From Saccostrea echinata (lineage: Eukaryota), in assembly GCF_033153115.1 (NCBI RefSeq), contig NW_026889778.1, positions 19,840,001 to 19,904,000 of the forward strand: 64,000 nucleotides of DNA, in the 5' to 3' direction. Position numbers and translations under genes: made by a program. The first letter of the stretch is position 1. Each line of letters begins with the position of its first letter. Below the pieces are notes generated by a model. That model was given only the letters and a program-made list of their open reading frames with translations. It did not search any database and had not been told where the DNA came from. Of this stretch, positions 1 through 12,937 are shown one piece after another.

Positions 1-249
1 ATAGGATGGGTGGATAAGGACATCCCTTCCCAGAATTAGCATGGTTATCATCAAAACCCGAGTTCTCTGTCTCGGAAGCGTCGTTTATCCAATGTGGATA
101 AAGTATGGACGACCTCTTTTTTATCATATCTCATATGTTTAAAGTCTAAAGTAAACGAAATTTTAGGGATTTAATAATTATATTATTGTAAAGATATTCA
201 ACTATTTTCTAATTGTAACTTGGCGAACTTTAAAAACACATTGCTCAAT

Positions 250-676
250 TAAGGACACATCTTTTCCCTGGCTTGCTTTCGCTGGGCAACAGAACAAACA
301 TCATTTTTAACCATCTCCCTGCCTTCACTAAAACAATCAATACAATTAATTATTGAACTTCTGGCAAGTCTTTTGTCTTCATAAACCTTGTACAAATAAT
401 TATATACTACTGCAAAGGAATTTCCAAGATATACATCAAACTTTACAGTCGTTCGTTGCTCGAGTACGACTGGTTCAACCATTTTTTGTCACAAGTCACC
501 TACATATTGACGTCATTTTCACATTGTGACGTCACAAACAAGGAGCAAAACATTATATTACACCTGTTAATTATAGAATATGTGTATGACTATATGTGTG
601 CAAAATTTCATTTTAATCTGAATTATGGTTTTGAAAATATAGAGATAGTTCGCGAACTTTTTGATCACCCCTCGTA
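250..676 (-). mobile_element. Mariner/Tc1-type non-autonomous element, one end (copy 1)
   Basis: Ends in GTTCGCGAACTTTTTGATCACCCCTCG+TA, the reverse complement of a TA-CGAGGGGTGATCAAAAAGTTC mariner-like TIR. Near-identical to 31315-31717 and, inverted, to 62418-62680. Left boundary not defined. Confidence 0.7.
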
Positions 677-1215
677 TGTGGTTTTGGAGACCAGATCCTC
701 CAACAATCTATTGGAATACCCATGGGTACCAATTGCTCCCTGTTACTAGCAAACCTATTTTTGTTTTCATATGAAACAGAATTTGTTCAAAACCTTATAC
801 GTAAAAAGAAGAAAATACTTGCTGTGGCCTACAACTCGAAATTTAGATATATCGACGACGTATTGTCAATTAACAATGATTTTTTCCATTCTTATCGATG
901 CGATATCCCAGTGAGCTTGAAATAAAAGATACCACAGAGTCTGACTCATCTATTTCATATTTGGATATTTTACTAGAAAATGACGTTGATGGTAATCTAA
1001 CAACAAAGCTTTATGATAAACGTGATGACCTTAACTTTTCAATCGTCAACTTCCCTTACTTATGCAGCAATATACCTTCATCACCTTCATACGGGGTTTA
1101 TATCTCTCAGTTCATTGTATACTCAAGAGCATGCTGTACGTACGAACAATTTCTAAAAGGAGGTAAGTTATTGACAAAAAAGTTGATAAAACAAAAATTC
1201 GCTCACTTTAGATGA
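677..1215 (+). pseudogene. Penelope-like element (Naiad/Chlamys-type) reverse transcriptase fragment, frameshifted
   Basis: Motifs QQSIGIPMGTNC, LFLFSYE, FRYIDDVLSINN, YPSELEIKDTTES, SYLD and LYDKRDDLNFSIVNFPYLCSNIPSSPSYGVYISQ across ORFs 722-925 and 898-1215. Confidence 0.85.
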
Positions 1216-2129
1216 TTATTGGTTCATACATAAATATAAACAATATAATGGCTTTGTTTGTTAGCAAGGGAATTAACGTTACAGATTTTGAAAAAAAGAA
1301 TACGTAGTCTTCTTACGCGGGTTTTTCATTTTTTTCTGCAAGAATTCTAACATTTTTCCCATACTAACAACTAAAGAAAGCATTTTTGTTTAAATAAATA
1401 TATACTTCATTTTAAGATTCATACTCCATGTATAAATTCTTAAACGATAAACGTACTATACATTTCTTCAAGGGTAGAAATATATATATACTGTATCTTT
1501 ACTATAAAGTAAAATTCTCCCCCGATGGGAAATTTCACAATATTAATTGAGCCAAATTTCCCCTTTCTTAGGAATTCTCATTTGTATCAATGTTTAAATC
1601 ATATGCATATTTTGGCTAAAGCGTTACATGAAAGTCAACTGATTTTTAATGGAATATGAGTGATTTTGATTCAAGAATTGTCAAAATAAAGTTCAAATCA
1701 CTGAGTCTAAACCAAAAATTTTAACTCATAGAAACTTTTAAATGAGTAAGTAAAGAAATCGAAGGACTCAGTGTCTCAACACTTTTCTCGAAGCATAGAT
1801 AAAATTTGTTCAGCAATTTAAAAATGTATATCAGGTCTGCTGTAGTGATTTGATAATATATTTGCCCTCTACATGCCAACTTTTTTTTATTGATCGATCC
1901 ATTTTACAAAGAGTGTGTGAAAAAATTCTAAAATATGTGTTATTGCTAGATTCCACATACATTTTTGAGAGCTTTTTAAAGGAAAAAAAGACCAAACTTT
2001 AAAAAAAAAATCAAGACAAGAAACAGAGCCTTTGCAAGCCGAGGCATAAGTATGTCCCGTAGACTCAAAACTCAAATTTTAAATTTTTAGTTTTTTTTTT
2101 TTTTTTTTTTAAGGAATAAATCACCCACT

Positions 2130-2561
2130 TTTAGTTTCATGGCAACGGCAACTATTTTGGTTATTTAAAATCAATAAACTTGGAGAGAGACACATCATAC
2201 TTGTATATATCCTTTTGAACTCGAAATAAAAGTCACCAAAGAGTGTTACACATGTATTTCATATTCAGATGTTTAACTAGAAAGAAGCGTAAATGTTAAC
2301 AACAAAACATTATGGTAAACGTGATGACTTACGTAGGAAAGTCTTATGCTCCCTGTTTTTTTTTAGACTGGGATGAATATATGGTAGTTCTTGTAGAAAA
2401 AAATAAGAAGAGATACGAGCATTATTATTATTGCTATCAAATGATCTGAGAGAAATAATAAATTACACTGTAGTTTTATACTGAGCCTTGGGTTAAATAC
2501 ATACATACTAAGTTTTTCAATTCTAAAATTTAAGCAACTGTATTAAAGAATCAGTAACTTA
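2130..2561 (+). pseudogene. Gypsy LTR-retrotransposon integrase relic, left part
   Basis: Aligns by eye with the integrase relic at 29590-29730. Continues in frame at 18518 once the 16-kb insertion and one TA are removed. Confidence 0.55.
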
Positions 2562-4200
2562 TAGTTTGTCCCACGACCGGAACGTCACCACTATTCGCAA
2601 GATATCTCAAAATAAATAAATACCTTGGCCTTCAACCTAGGTTCAAACGGTAGATTGATTTTTTTCCAAACTCCCTGCATTTACCCGAACCCTCGAGGTC
2701 AACCAGTGTATTGACACGGCGGCAAATTCAAAGTCTATGGGGATTTAACATTACCAATATGGCCGCCACTTCGGAAGGGGATCCATCATTATTCGTGATT
2801 TCCCGGACATTGCCTACAGTGAGGTAACGACGTCACACACGTTCGGGAATGCTCTGTGCTTATCGACGTCCAAAAAGCTATAACGCCCGAGACTTGCCAC
2901 TTAGAAATTACGTCTTCGACAAAACTTTCATACCCAGACAGAAGGGATCAAAGATTTTTAAAAAGCGCCAGCCTATAATAGACTGCATAAAGAAAAGAGG
3001 TATGAATAAATGCTTATATCATAAGAAGTCTGGAGTAAATTGTAATCAATCGAGGCAACTGCAAATTTAGCTCGAGTGACATGACTGCTTTTATTGCCAA
3101 AGCGTAGAGATTTTGGTCTAACTTCTAATAAGCGTAATCATATTATTAAGATTATTAAAATTAATTACTTCTTTACCTTACTTCTCGGCCTTCCATATAA
3201 ATCCAACTTAGGTCCCTATAGTTTGTTGTAAACAAGGTCATAATAATTACTTCTTTGTGAACAATTGATGTACGTAACTGCACCGTATATCGTGTTTTGT
3301 TACACTTTCAACACTTAAAACAAAAATCCACAATCAATACTAAATTTCGAATTTCGGTGCAAAACAACAATTGTTGTCTGCATCAAACTACTTCACCAAT
3401 GGATTTTGACCTTGCCCTTCAAAAACTTCCTGTAATATCGGCATTGGGTAAATTCAGGCCCTTGGATATTTTTAGTGTTTGCACAAATAGAAGAGAATGC
3501 CAAAAATTAAATACTCAGTCCTACACACAAAAACTACATACCACAAGTGTAAACGACTATACTGTTTGTTATTATTGTTATTATTATATTTTTTTTTCCT
3601 TCTCTTAATGATTTTTATCAACTTATTATTTTTTTTTTCTTTTGGTAGAAAGTTTCAAGAATTCGATAAATAAAATAAAAGATTATACATGTATATACAC
3701 TTTCAATGAGGCAAGGAGAATGTAAACTTATGAGGTTTTCTTTTTTAATCTACATTTACAAAACATGAAGTCAGAGCCCTAGTATGATTCTTATATAATA
3801 AAAAAATAATAAATTTATAAAAATAATTAATAGAAAAAAATTTTGAAACAAGAGTTTAACTGTAAGATACCAAATAGCTATTCGGTGAAGACACAAGATA
3901 GACAAGCACAAACAAACATGTACATTAAAATAAATTCATCCATAAGTAGTTGCAGATACATCATAAGTAAATTAGGCTACATGGACTGTAGATATCAGTC
4001 TGGGAAGCTTAGTGGTTAGATCACCTCACTAGTATACAAATATTTGTAATGCAGAGGTCCTGGGTTTGAATCCTAGCCCAGCGAAATGTTTTTCCTAAAA
4101 AATATTTGTAAATTTGCAAAGTATGTTTATTTATTATTCCATTCCTTAGTTCACAGCTTCCTGATATGCATATATTTTTTTTTAAATTGTATTATAATAA

Positions 4201-4432
4201 TACTATGAAATCATTTAATTTGTTGAGGTCAGTGTTTGTGGGCAGGCATATGGTTTTGCTACTTTGTGGACAGGACATAATTCAGGTTAACCAAATTACA
4301 TTTAAAGGAAAAATGTATTGATAAAATATCAAAATAAGCATTTGTGGAAATATAAATTAATGGGTATGGCTGATCCATGTGATAAAATCCAAAAAATGTT
4401 GGTCCCCCAGAAACAAGGATGATTCCACAGTA
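4201..4432. mobile_element. Short MITE (TACTGTGGA...TCCACAGTA family), diverged
   Basis: Ends GGTCCCCC...ATGATTCCACAGTA and resembles 26846-27073. Confidence 0.5.
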
Positions 4433-6510
4433 GATTCAATCAGTTTTATGTATTCTACCTGTCTGAAATTGGCAAAGTAAAATCATACTCTGATAATTGT
4501 TATCAAAATTTTATTACTGCTTGTTTCACAGATATGTTTCTTTTAAATCATCAAATGCTTCAAACGTTAAACACCTTTAGTGAGATTACAGATAATATTG
4601 TAAAAGACTAATGAATTGTTTATCCTTTATTTAAGGATATCAACAAAATTTAGAAGAATTAATGATTATAAAAATTGAGTGCCCAATGCTGCTGGTGTCC
4701 CTGCTTTTGAAAAAGAAGTCATGACTCAGAATCCATAGTCAGAAACAAGTCACGAATGAAGATTGAGATGGAGTGTTTATGTTTCTCTCAACTAAAACTT
4801 CTGTGGAAAATGGTGTTGCCTGGCTTATCCAATGATCAACCCAATGACAGACTACCAGGTAATCCTTGGTTCAGCCAATACTTTGGGCCTGAAAAAAGAT
4901 GATGATAAAACACATTTTAATCCGTCGTTAAGATTCTGGTGCATGAATAAACTTTTAAGTCTGCACAAAGGAAATTTAAAGGAATAATGAAAATTCAAAT
5001 CATTATACCTGAACTTGTATCAATCATATTAACATGAAAAGATTACTTAATAAAAATACATGTACATGGTCAATTTTCAATTTCAGGTTCCAATCCGAAG
5101 TATACAAAGGAAGAGGAAATTTTTTTTTTCATTTATATAAATACTTACTACCTATAGTCCAGAAGAATGTTTTGAAACCTAAATGTTTTGTCCACCATAA
5201 GATGAATTTCAATAACATTATTCTGAAAAATTGAGTGGATAGTCTTCTGCATGCATGCATGTCTTCAAGTCACACAGTCTGGTCATCATAACTTTGCACT
5301 CCAATTAATTATATCTTCAAAAATGTTATTTTGTAATTAATAAAAGATTTATTAAGTATTCTTTGATTTGGTTATTATTACATTTCTTAAATCAATGTTT
5401 TATCATTTAAATAGTTAGGAAGACAAAACGTAAAAAATGACATGGCTTAAAATGGTACAGTACAGCTCACGAGTTTCTTCCGGAAAACACCGGCCACGGT
5501 GGACCCTTGGTCCACGCTTTTGCGTGGACTTTGAAAAATGTCGGTGTCTTTGATGTTTCGTTTTCAGCGCTAAGCTGGCACACGGTGCGACACGGTGTGT
5601 ACACGGTGGGACACGGTGCGTTTGCTCCGTGGAACTCCGTGCTGGTTAATCAACGTTAACTGGTTTGAAATGACTTTAAAATAATTCATTGAAGATTTTA
5701 GAATAAAAATCATTGAAATGCATAGCATCCGCAGCGTGCATTTTCCTACTTTGTTGTACTGACGTGTCAATGAATTTAACAAAGACGGAATTTTACCATG
5801 CAGTCAGCAATCTTGTGTTATTTGGAAGATATCTTCTTAAATATTATTTTGTTTGTAAAACAAAAGCTAAATCTAAATTTAAAAAAAAATATAAGAAAGG
5901 AATATTCTGCATTTGTACTATGCTCAGGAAATCCATGTGGAATTGTCAATTGATTATCTTATCCGACGTACTGTTTTTTTAAATTATAAATTACTGTAGA
6001 AACTGGTGTATATGTAAATAATTACTACATCAAAATACGACACAGAAAATATATTGTTTAATCTAATTTAAATCGGATGAAAAAAAAAATAGTTATGAAA
6101 AGATTGAATTAAATATCCGTCCCGTAATGGAACCCATATATCGAGATGAGACCCGATGTAGTCTCTGTGTAATGAGTAAATCTCTGCCCAGCCCATCAGC
6201 AAATATGAAATGTTGATATTCAGGTATTGAAGATGCCCCACTTTTTCATCTGTGTCTGTTTGTAATTGTTCAGAATTATATGTAAAATATAAACCTTTAT
6301 ATTTAACTTGCATTTTGTGTACAGATCGAAGCATTATGGGCACAACATTTTTCACAAAACTTGTCGCCAAGAATAATCACAATATGTAAACGATAAGATG
6401 TAAAACGTAATAATTATGCTCAACAATTGTCAATGACATCGATAATGTTAAAAAATTTCCAATGATACTATTCAATGAAAATGATATTTCTGCAGTATGT
6501 TCTATGTTAA

Positions 6511-7553
6511 AGCGACAGTACGGCTGCAAAATGTGTGCTTTTTCATTCAAATTTACCCAATATGTCACTAAGAAATAAGGTATAAAGTTGTTGTAAGCAG
6601 TTTGAGAAACAGAAATATTCTCTACTCAAACAAAATTAACGTAATTAGAATCTGCCGGAAAATCAAGGGTCGTACGAACTGGAGCAATCTTAGATCTGTT
6701 TATTAGTACCACGTGAATTCTAAAATGACACGTGCCTACACTGTATAGTTTACAATTATAATGAATATTAGGTAAAAGCAATTTTCAAAAGCAAATTATC
6801 ATAACTTTCTGATAAAATAATCTAAAATAATAATTGTAAAGATTTTAGTCTGCTTTCAGGCGAATTTAACAGAATTAAAAGTACAAATGTTGACGTTTTG
6901 TGTATTGGGGTCCGAGAAAGGAAAAACCAACTAATCATACGTTATCGCGGCAAATGTCAAACAAAATATTTTTCTGCACAGTTAAAAAAAATTAGCACTT
7001 CAAATGGCAACAATGTTTATAAGTCAAAGGTGTATTTTTATGTTGAGTTTACACTAATTTTTTTTTCTTTGAAAGCTACGGAAAAATGAGAAATGATAAG
7101 TATCAACAAGCCTGTCGAATAGAACCTTCGAGAGCCCTGCGTGAGTGTCGCCGAGTTCCCATTTCTTCCTTATCCAGCGATTATATTAATCCCCAAACTA
7201 AAGTTTAGTCAGGAAAGTTGCTTTTTCAAGTTCTATTTTCAGTTTCTTTTTCTTTTTGGTCGACTTTGTCAATGTAGCAGGCCTACCGGGCTTCCCTCTC
7301 TAACCATGCTGTTTTGTTTATGAAAACTACGCATGCGTGCATAGCATGGAATGTGGAACCCCGAACACGTTGCGATGTATATATTTACGTCCCATAAATA
7401 ACAATTAATTTTAACGAAATAATCTAAATTATTTAATTGTGACAGTTGTAATTTTCTGAAAGTTCATACATTTATGAGCAGTAAAAAAATACCAAATCTT
7501 GTCGGAAAATTTTATCAAGTCAGTTTTTTGATGAGATACGCCGTACTGTCACT
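6511..7553. mobile_element. TTAA-target MITE, Kolobok-like (AG...CT termini)
   Basis: TTAA|AGCGACAGTACGGC ... GCCGTACTGTCACT|TTAA. Confidence 0.7.
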
Positions 7554-8561
7554 TTAAACAATGATGTAAAAAGCCAAACAGTTTTCTTCCGTAACGTGTA
7601 TGAAAAAAAGTCTGCTATAATTGTTAATAGGTTCACTGCCTAACTAAGCATATGCATAGGAGATTTGAAAAACTAGATTGAAGATTTTATATTTTACTAG
7701 TACCTAGCGGAGATTTTTCAAACCATTAAATAAAAGGAAGCATACTGTATATGTGCTCTCCCTGCATGTAATAACAGCCCCCCCCCCCCCCCCCCCCGCA
7801 TTCCATAATGAGTTTTATGGATAATTTCTACACGGACATGTTAAATAAAAGAACAATATTTACATATGCCTATTTATTGTATTACCTGTCCTTTTTAAGG
7901 ATTTATTCTAATCCTTTTCAAAAATAGCATTTTAATGATAAATAAAATCAACGAAAGAGAGACAATTTTACGACATGGAGATATATGATTTCTTTTTTCT
8001 TTATTATGTTACAGTATATAACGACTTTATATAATCTAGGTACAGTTGAATAATATTCGAATAATATTCGTTTGTAACTGTAACTTGCTTTTTAAAAATA
8101 TGTTGCTGTACTAAAAATTCTATACAATTAAATAAATAGTTGTTTATTTTTCAAGTTCCAATTAACTTCCCGACACGTGTAAGTTTCGAAGCCAGTTGAG
8201 GTGTATAGTATACACTCGTCTAGAGTTTCAACATGTGAATAATGTCCCAAGGGCCACAGCAACTGAATGTCCCAATATATTTTTCTTCTGAACAGGTGTG
8301 AAATATATTAGCCAAGAAGCGACTCCATACATACACGAGAAGTTTCTGCAATTCATCGATATCCGGTATTTGATTGACAGGTAGAGCACGTGGATTCCGT
8401 GTGTGATGCGTTGAACTTGTACCTAAATTGCACCGATTTCTATTTCGTTTCGATTAATAAAAACTGGAGGTGAACTATGATTTCTTTAAAAAAAAATAAA
8501 AGAGAGATACATTATATGTATATGAGGAAAAAAAAAAGAACAGAAAGATGAAGCTGAAAGT

Positions 8562-8565
<4 letters not shown>

Positions 8566-8607
<42 letters not shown>
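8566..8607. repeat. (TC)n microsatellite
   Basis: Pure TC run. Confidence 0.95.
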
Positions 8608-8610
<3 letters not shown>

Positions 8611-10615
8611 TCTTAACATTATAAAATATGGAATTCAAAATAATTTTTCATTATTACGAAAAAAGTGAATAGTATATAATTTGTAAAAGAATTTTTAGAA
8701 TGCTGCATTGGCAGTTCAAGCGACTTTTTTTTTTTTTTACTTTTCGTACTGATCGTAGAAGATTAAGTAGTAATAAAAAAAAATACACAGATAGAAATAC
8801 TGACACTTTACATATTCGACAGAAATAAACGTTCAAACGTTGAATTTTTTTTTTTTTTTTTTTACATTTATGTCTCTTAATGTCAAGTTTAATCAATGGA
8901 TGCATACAACTGCTTGATTTTCATGTGAATTTGCCGATTGTACGACTACCAAACTGCGTATAAGATTTTTTAGTGAATGCTACGTGTTTTGCTTTTTTTT
9001 TCTTGCATGTACAGTCATGTACTTTTTCTTCCTCACATTTGGCAACTTAGTATCCTCATTGATAAGTGGTCTACACTTTTTATTTTATTTTTACAAAATA
9101 AGACTTTTCATATACCATATGAATATCATAATATACCGACATTTTTTTTCACTATTATTATTTACGATGTAGTGATCAGATGATGCTAAATTAGTTATCT
9201 GATACAGGTATTATTTGTAAATACCTTTACTGTCAATACCTTTAATACCATATTATTTCACAGTGAAAATAACTAAAATTATCGATCCGTATTTATGTTT
9301 GGCATTGAATAATTATTAAGTTCAAAGACAATGTACTTGTACTTCGATTTGTACCGCACTTATAGCATACGTCAGAAATATATTAATTTGCACAATCGAC
9401 ATGTAGTTGTTTTTGTTTTCAAATGAATATGTAATATGAATTCAACAGAAATCAAAATAAATTTATTCAATGGATATATACAGGTGAACCAAAGTCTACA
9501 CTGAACGCCGCTGTTATGTTACGACGTCGACCTTACATGTATGATAGTGAGCTTTTTGAATTAAATAATTTTTCATTTACTATTTCTTTCTAGCAATTAA
9601 ACCAACATACCTATGATTTCAATTCTAAAATTATTTTTATAAACAAACCATTTTCTTCCGTAATTTTCTTGCACGGTGGAACACGGAGGGTCACCCGATG
9701 AAACGGTAATGTCCACGGTGTGACACGGTGCGTCTTTGGTGTAATCGCAATATACGCACACGGTGGAACTCCGTGTACACGGTGTAACACGGGGTATTTT
9801 CCACCGTGTGTTTTCCACGGTGGGGTGGAAGAAACTCGTGAGCTATACTGTATGTATCATGAGTGATACACAGTGATACACAAGTATACACAAGTACAAT
9901 GTACACATAAGGTTTTTGCAACAGGATACATTACATTTTTGTGTGTATTGTGTACGTTGTATGTCAGGTAAATTTACTGTACAGCACATTTGAACATTAA
10001 ATGTACATGATGTATTATATACATGTATTTCTTGAAATTAAATTTTTCTTTTTGAAAAATTTTGAACAAAAGAAAATGATGTCTACATTTTATAGTCAAA
10101 ATCTCTTGATTAATAGAGAGAAAAATGTAAACACCGAAGATGCTGAGGGACTAAAAAAATGCACTTGAGAGATTAGAAAAAAAAAAAGTAGAATATGGAC
10201 ACGAAGTGCTCTAAGCTTAAAAATTCTCTCAAAATAGCGTAACTATACATGATGAAAAGAATTTAAAGAAAGATAATATGGAAGGACAATTTTAAAAATA
10301 TGAATTTGGATATATTATAAATTTGGAAATCGGCTATTTTGAGAGAATAAGACAATGTACGATTTACTGATTATCGTAATTAATTAGCGATAATTAATTC
10401 GTTCAATTATGTAAATCGCACTTCACCAGAGTTCACCCGATAGACCGGACGCAATCCATAGCGCTCCGGATTTCTCTTTTACGACAGTTTATTAACTTGA
10501 GATTAAACATGTAACACTGTAAATATTAAATATTTAGTGTTTGGTAGTTTAGTAGTAGTGTTAGTTGTTTTTGTTTCTCTATTTCCTTTGTTTTTATGAC
10601 TTCTTAACTTTTTCT

Positions 10616-10656
10616 TTGTCCTGAGGAAGGGGCGGGTCGTCCCGAAAATTTGACAA
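10616..10656 (+). ncRNA. Minimal type I hammerhead ribozyme (PLE pseudo-LTR associated)
   Basis: TTGTC-CTGAGGA-A-GGGGCG GGT CGTCCC-GAAA-ATTT-GACAA: stem I TTGTC/GACAA, CUGANGA and GAAA cores, stem II, and a palindromic AAATTT stem III. Confidence 0.75.
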
Positions 10657-10756
10657 TTATTATTGTTCGTGTCGTTGGTCATTTTAAGTGCTTTGTATAA
10701 ATTTCCATCCGTGACCTTGTATCTACTTAGTAGATCCGACACTTAGGATATACAGT

Positions 10757-10894
10757 NNNNNNNNNNNNNNNNNNNNNNNNNNNNNNNNNNNNNNNNNNNN
10801 NNNNNNNNNNNNNNNNNNNNNNNNNNNNNNNNNNNNNNNNNNNNNNNNNNNNNNNNNNNNNNNNNNNNNNNNNNNNNNNNNNNNNNNNNNNNNN
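10757..10894. other. Assembly gap (N run)
   Basis: Run of N. Confidence 1.
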
Positions 10895-11034
10895 CATACA
10901 TGTATACACAGGGCATCTATTTTTATCAAAAATTTTCTGAAATAAGAAGTTTAAATTTTTGTTCAATAAAAAAAAAATGACATAGCTCTCTTTAATAGTA
11001 TACTGTAGGTTTCCCGGCAAAAAATATATTATGA

Positions 11035-11310
11035 TATAATTTAATTTTGGTTGTAACGCGTCATTTGATTGGATTAAAAAAATAGTTTATATCGTATAAA
11101 CTGTGTTGCCTACTTCACAATGAATTACGTCAAAAACGTATCAATACGCTTGACGTTACATTTAGGATATGTACAATTTGAAGGCATTTTTGTATTAGAA
11201 ATTGTTTTATTTTCTATACTTAATGATTGAAAATTGAATTATAAGGAATAAAGTGTAAACTGCCCAAACCCAGGTTATACAGTATAACTTTGGTGGCTAT
11301 TAAATTCATT
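11035..11310. mobile_element. Fragment of palindrome-bearing (Crypton-like) repeat related to 33791-34340
   Basis: Shares ATAATTTAATTTTG..TTG.A...TGATTGG (inverse of 34300-34340) and GTAAACTG.CC.AA.CCAGGTTATAC. Confidence 0.5.
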
Positions 11311-11911
11311 ACTGAAATGGATACAATTGACATATTTTTAAAAGTTTTTATTACAATAGAAAAACTGAGGTACTCTGGTTCTCTTTCATAAGGGTGTTAA
11401 GAGATCCTTATATGAATATTATAGCCTAAACTATGCAAACAGAAAATTGCAAATACCAGTGAATAGGGTTTTGAAAAATAAGAACTCAGATGAAAACCTT
11501 CTAGAGAACCGTTTTTTTTTTCGAATAAAATCCACATTTGAGCATTGTGGGACCTTAGAGACAAAATAAAGCTGCTGACTGAGAATCACAACAGCCATTT
11601 GGTACACTGAATGTGCATGACAGTAAATAGAAAAAAAAAATCCTGTCTTAAGAATAAATGATTAAGTTTTACCTTAACTTTTATACTGATGAAATTATTA
11701 TAGACATGACATGTTCCAATATGTTTTTTTTTTCATTTTTGCCTTTTTCCTGTACTGCTTACATTTTTATTTAAACTGCAAAGTCAGGACATGTTTGCTG
11801 AAACACTCTGTATATTCATCTGCCTAGTTCGTTGTGACCCTTAGAACTCGGTCCTGTAAAATTGACAAAGCTTTGGGCTGAAGGGATATTTTAGAAGTAG
11901 AGCTTCTAAAA

Positions 11912-12057
11912 NNNNNNNNNNNNNNNNNNNNNNNNNNNNNNNNNNNNNNNNNNNNNNNNNNNNNNNNNNNNNNNNNNNNNNNNNNNNNNNNNNNNNNNNN
12001 NNNNNNNNNNNNNNNNNNNNNNNNNNNNNNNNNNNNNNNNNNNNNNNNNNNNNNNNN
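11912..12057. other. Assembly gap (N run)
   Basis: Run of N. Confidence 1.
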
Positions 12058-12120
12058 TTGTCACACAGTAAAAATAATCTTAAAAGAAAAAGAAAATGCA
12101 CAGTTTCCAAATTTCATTTA

Positions 12121-12162
12121 ACACAAGCGCTTTCTGGATTTAACAATCCGTCTTCAGGTGTA
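12121..12162 (-). ncRNA. Minimal type I hammerhead ribozyme at 3' end of the Penelope element
   Basis: Minus strand: ACAC-CTGAAGA-C-GGAT TGTTAA ATCC-A-GAAA-GCGCTT-GTGT. Stem I ACAC/GTGT, stem II GGAT/ATCC, palindromic AAGCGCTT stem III. Confidence 0.8.
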
Positions 12163-12377
12163 CATACTTTGAACTGATTTGTTTTGCTTGTAACGTTAAC
12201 TATGATGTCATGACGTCATGAGTGTCTTTGCAGGGAAGGAATAAATCCAAGACGTCATAGTATAACGTAAAAGTTCGGGAAAATTGAATTTTACAATAAA
12301 GCATGATTTTCTCAGTCTCAATAAACAAAGTATTTAAGAAATTAATTATACAAAAAGGACATGAACTTATCAAAATA

Positions 12378-12782
12378 TTAATGTTTGTTCAGTTTTGGTG
12401 AAAATAGATTTATAAAGTAGTTCTCTTTCACTATTCTCATTACGGCTGAATCGTTCCTAAGTTTATAAAATGGAAAGACACAGTAGTTTCCTTGAGAGCA
12501 AATATCGATATGCTCACTGCAAGGCGTGTTTCTGATGCTCGGATTATTGATTTCCTGACGGTGGACGCGCATGCGGGCGGTTAATTGGGATCCGGTTTGA
12601 CCGATGTATTCCTCTCCGGAGTTGTTAGAAGTTATACAATAAAGAAGATTTTTGGTTTTACACATGTTTTCATTTACAAAAAAATGTTTTTCAACACCTG
12701 AAAATAATAGAGAATCCTGTTCGTATATAAGGGCCGGTACCAAATCTGGGATCACTGCATTTTGATGCTGTGTATTGTTCAA
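12378..12782 (-). pseudogene. GIY-YIG endonuclease domain of the Penelope element
   Basis: CKTKNLLYCITSNNSGEEYIGQTG...LTARMRVHRQ...SEH...R..KENYFI..FSPKLN. Confidence 0.85.
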
Positions 12783-12937
12783 AAATGGAGTTGAATTTAG
12801 CTCTGGTTAATTTTTTTGTTTAAATAGGGTGGTTGTCGTTGGCTGTGAATTAAATCCGATTTCTGTATAAGTTGTTGCAGATCATTGTCCCTTTCGATGA
12901 TTGTAAAGTTCTTTTCGCCTCTTGGAATATATTAATA

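Larger units (their letters stand above)
5461..9847. mobile_element. Non-autonomous TIR element with CACGGTG subterminal repeats, TA-flanked
   Basis: TACAGCTCACGAGTTTCTTCC at 5461 and GGAAGAAACTCGTGAGCTATA ending at 9847 (1 mismatch). Clusters of CACGGTG at 5495-5640 and 9670-9825. Confidence 0.75.

Noticed and set aside
4007-4082. tRNA-like sequence (AGCTTAGTGGTTAGA...GGTTTGAATCC)
   Set aside because: No complete cloverleaf; a degenerate SINE head or TE-embedded tRNA relic.
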